A stretch of 64,000 bases of DNA from Selenomonadales bacterium. Lineage in GTDB: Bacteria > Bacillota > Clostridia > Christensenellales > QALW01. A model generated the notes under the pieces. The model did not search any database and was not told where the DNA came from. It worked only from the letters and a program-made list of their open reading frames with translations. The position numbers were made by a program, and so were the translations under genes. Of the stretch, positions 62,404-64,000 are shown one piece after another. The stretch lies in NCBI GenBank assembly GCA_003150515.1, contig QALW01000010.1, forward strand, positions 15,894 to 79,893, in the 5' to 3' direction. Each line of letters begins with the position of its first letter. Within the stretch, counting starts at the first letter, position 1.

Positions 62404-64000
62404 TTGAATAAGGTTAAAAGAATAATATCCGTTATGCTGATTGCCGTCCTGCTGGGCGGTACGGCCGCGCTGTTTTCCTCGTGCGCCTCAGACGGCTTTT
62501 TACAGACCGCTCAGGATTATTTCAGCGCCCTCTGCCAGAGGGACTATGAAAAAATGTACGATATGCTTACCCCGCAGTCTGCCGCCCGCCTTAAACTGGA
62601 TAGCTTTAAGGAATATCATGATAAGGTGTATAATCTGCTGGGTGTAAATAAAATCAGCGTAGAGCAGGCCGAGACGGTCTCTTCCTCCGATAGGATTGTC
62701 TATAATTACGTTTTGGTGCTGGATACGGATCAATACGGCCAGTTCAGATATGATTCTACGCTTGAAGTAGTTAAAAAGCTGGACAAGTTTTATTTGATTG
62801 AATGGTCTCCGGCCAATGTTATAACTCCCATGACCTGGGACGACAGAATTTATAAAACCACTCTGCGTGCCAAGCGGGGAGAGATTTTTGACTGCAACGG
62901 CAAGGTGCTTATAAAAAATGAATACGCCGTTACCGTTTACGCCGACATAACTAAAATAGACGATATTAATCAGGCTGCTTCGGACGTAGCCCAGGCGCTT
63001 GCTCTGGACGCTGAAAGCGTCCGGAAGAAAATGCAGAGCGCCGCCGACGCCGAACAGGATACCGCCGTTCTGGCTGCGTTTATTCCCGGAGAATTAACTT
63101 TGGAGGCTGAAGAGGCCTTAAAATTAATAGAGGGAATCAATATAGACAGGGACAGCATAACTCCTATACGGTACGCCGTATACGGTTCGGCCGCGGCTCA
63201 TACCATCGGTTATTCCACGCCCGTCACGGCTGAGGACAGGCAAAAGGAAGAATACGCTCAGCTTCTCAGCGGCACCCGCGTGGGACGCACGGGCGTGGAA
63301 AAGGAATACGATTCTCTGCTTCAGGGCGTAAACGGCACTGAAATATATCTGCTTTCAGCCGATTCGCGCACCAGGACTTCCCTTTATAAATCAGAGGCGG
63401 TCAACGGCCTGGATATATCCCTTACGCTGGATATAGACGTTCAGCTTGCCGCCGAAAAGGCTATGGCGGAAAATTACGGGGAGCGCGCCACGGGCACGAC
63501 GGTGGTGAACGATCCCAAGACGGGCGAAATTAAGGCTATGGTCAGCTATCCCTCCTTTGATCTTAACATATACGCTGCGGACAGCCCCCGCTCGGACGCG
63601 GCCGATTTGGTTACGGATGAATCCCTGCCCCTCTTCAACCGGCTGACGCAGGGACGGTATGCGCCCGGCTCGGTTTTTAAAACCATGACGGCCATAATGG
63701 GGCTGGAAACGGGCACGGTAACGCTCAATACGGCGTTTCCCTATGAAAATGAGATTATTTCCATGGGCAACGGCACGGACGGCTGGAAGCCCAAGGGCAG
63801 CAAGTGGGTGACTTATATCATCCGCCAGCATTTTGCCAACAGCGCCTCTTTGGGCAAGCTGAGCATGAAGCGCGCTATCGCCTATTCGGACAATATTTAT
63901 TTCGGCTGGCTGGGCATGCAGCTCGGAGCGGAGGTATTTTTGGAATGGGCGGAGAAACTGGGCTTTAAGGAGGCCGCGCCTTTTGATCTGCCCCTGCAGT
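62404..64000 (+). CDS. penicillin-binding protein (class B transpeptidase with lipoprotein signal and NTF2-like N-domain), 3' end outside the window
   Basis: TTG start. Signal peptide MNKVKRIISVMLIAVLLGGTAALFSSC (lipobox). SVFK (SxxK) and SDN (SxN) motifs. Not in the ORF track because there is no stop in the window. Confidence 0.85.
   Translation, partial: MNKVKRIISVMLIAVLLGGTAALFSSCASDGFLQTAQDYFSALCQRDYEKMYDMLTPQSAARLKLDSFKEYHDKVYNLLGVNKISVEQAETVSSSDRIVYNYVLVLDTDQYGQFRYDSTLEVVKKLDKFYLIEWSPANVITPMTWDDRIYKTTLRAKRGEIFDCNGKVLIKNEYAVTVYADITKIDDINQAASDVAQALALDAESVRKKMQSAADAEQDTAVLAAFIPGELTLEAEEALKLIEGINIDRDSITPIRYAVYGSAAAHTIGYSTPVTAEDRQKEEYAQLLSGTRVGRTGVEKEYDSLLQGVNGTEIYLLSADSRTRTSLYKSEAVNGLDISLTLDIDVQLAAEKAMAENYGERATGTTVVNDPKTGEIKAMVSYPSFDLNIYAADSPRSDAADLVTDESLPLFNRLTQGRYAPGSVFKTMTAIMGLETGTVTLNTAFPYENEIISMGNGTDGWKPKGSKWVTYIIRQHFANSASLGKLSMKRAIAYSDNIYFGWLGMQLGAEVFLEWAEKLGFKEAAPFDLPLQ

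Overview
This is a 64-kb chromosomal segment of a Firmicutes/Clostridia-type genome. All product calls rest on motif recognition by eye; no database search was possible. The housekeeping backbone includes dnaB, an F1Fo atp operon, tgt-yajC, rny, metK, CIRCE-controlled groESL, yacL-radA, ispF, gap, a PBP and SleC-like PG-binding proteins. I count about 50 protein genes and 2 tRNAs. I saw no rRNA, CRISPR array, transposase or integrase.

Two visibly AT-rich islets lie beside tRNA genes. The first (about 11.2-13.9 kb) holds a membrane-anchored HNH nuclease, tRNA-Met(CAU) and three tandem paralogous genes of about 63 aa. The second (about 29.0-34.9 kb) holds a Type III mod-res pair and an HTH-Fic gene next to tRNA-Leu(GAG). 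A fourth copy of the small gene sits alone at 27.5 kb.

The most unusual signal is non-coding. At least 13 GC-rich, almost mismatch-free nested palindromes (NP1-NP13) sit at gene 3' ends. They range from single hairpins through three-hairpin modules to an outer stem enclosing three hairpins, a four-way junction with no linker bases. Loops are 3-4 nt. Apex motifs recur between loci (AGC-N3/4-GCT, GCC-N3-GGC, GGAAAGC/GCTTTCC, GGCAAGC/GCTTGCC), while the rest of each sequence differs. They are clearly different from the ordinary T-tailed terminators in the same window.

Other points worth a look:
- an atpA ORF carrying a delta-subunit C-terminal domain, with no separate atpH;
- a 4 x 42-bp intergenic tandem repeat;
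- an L-xylulose-type sugar operon headed by an unassigned cupin protein;
- an XRE/ImmA pair.
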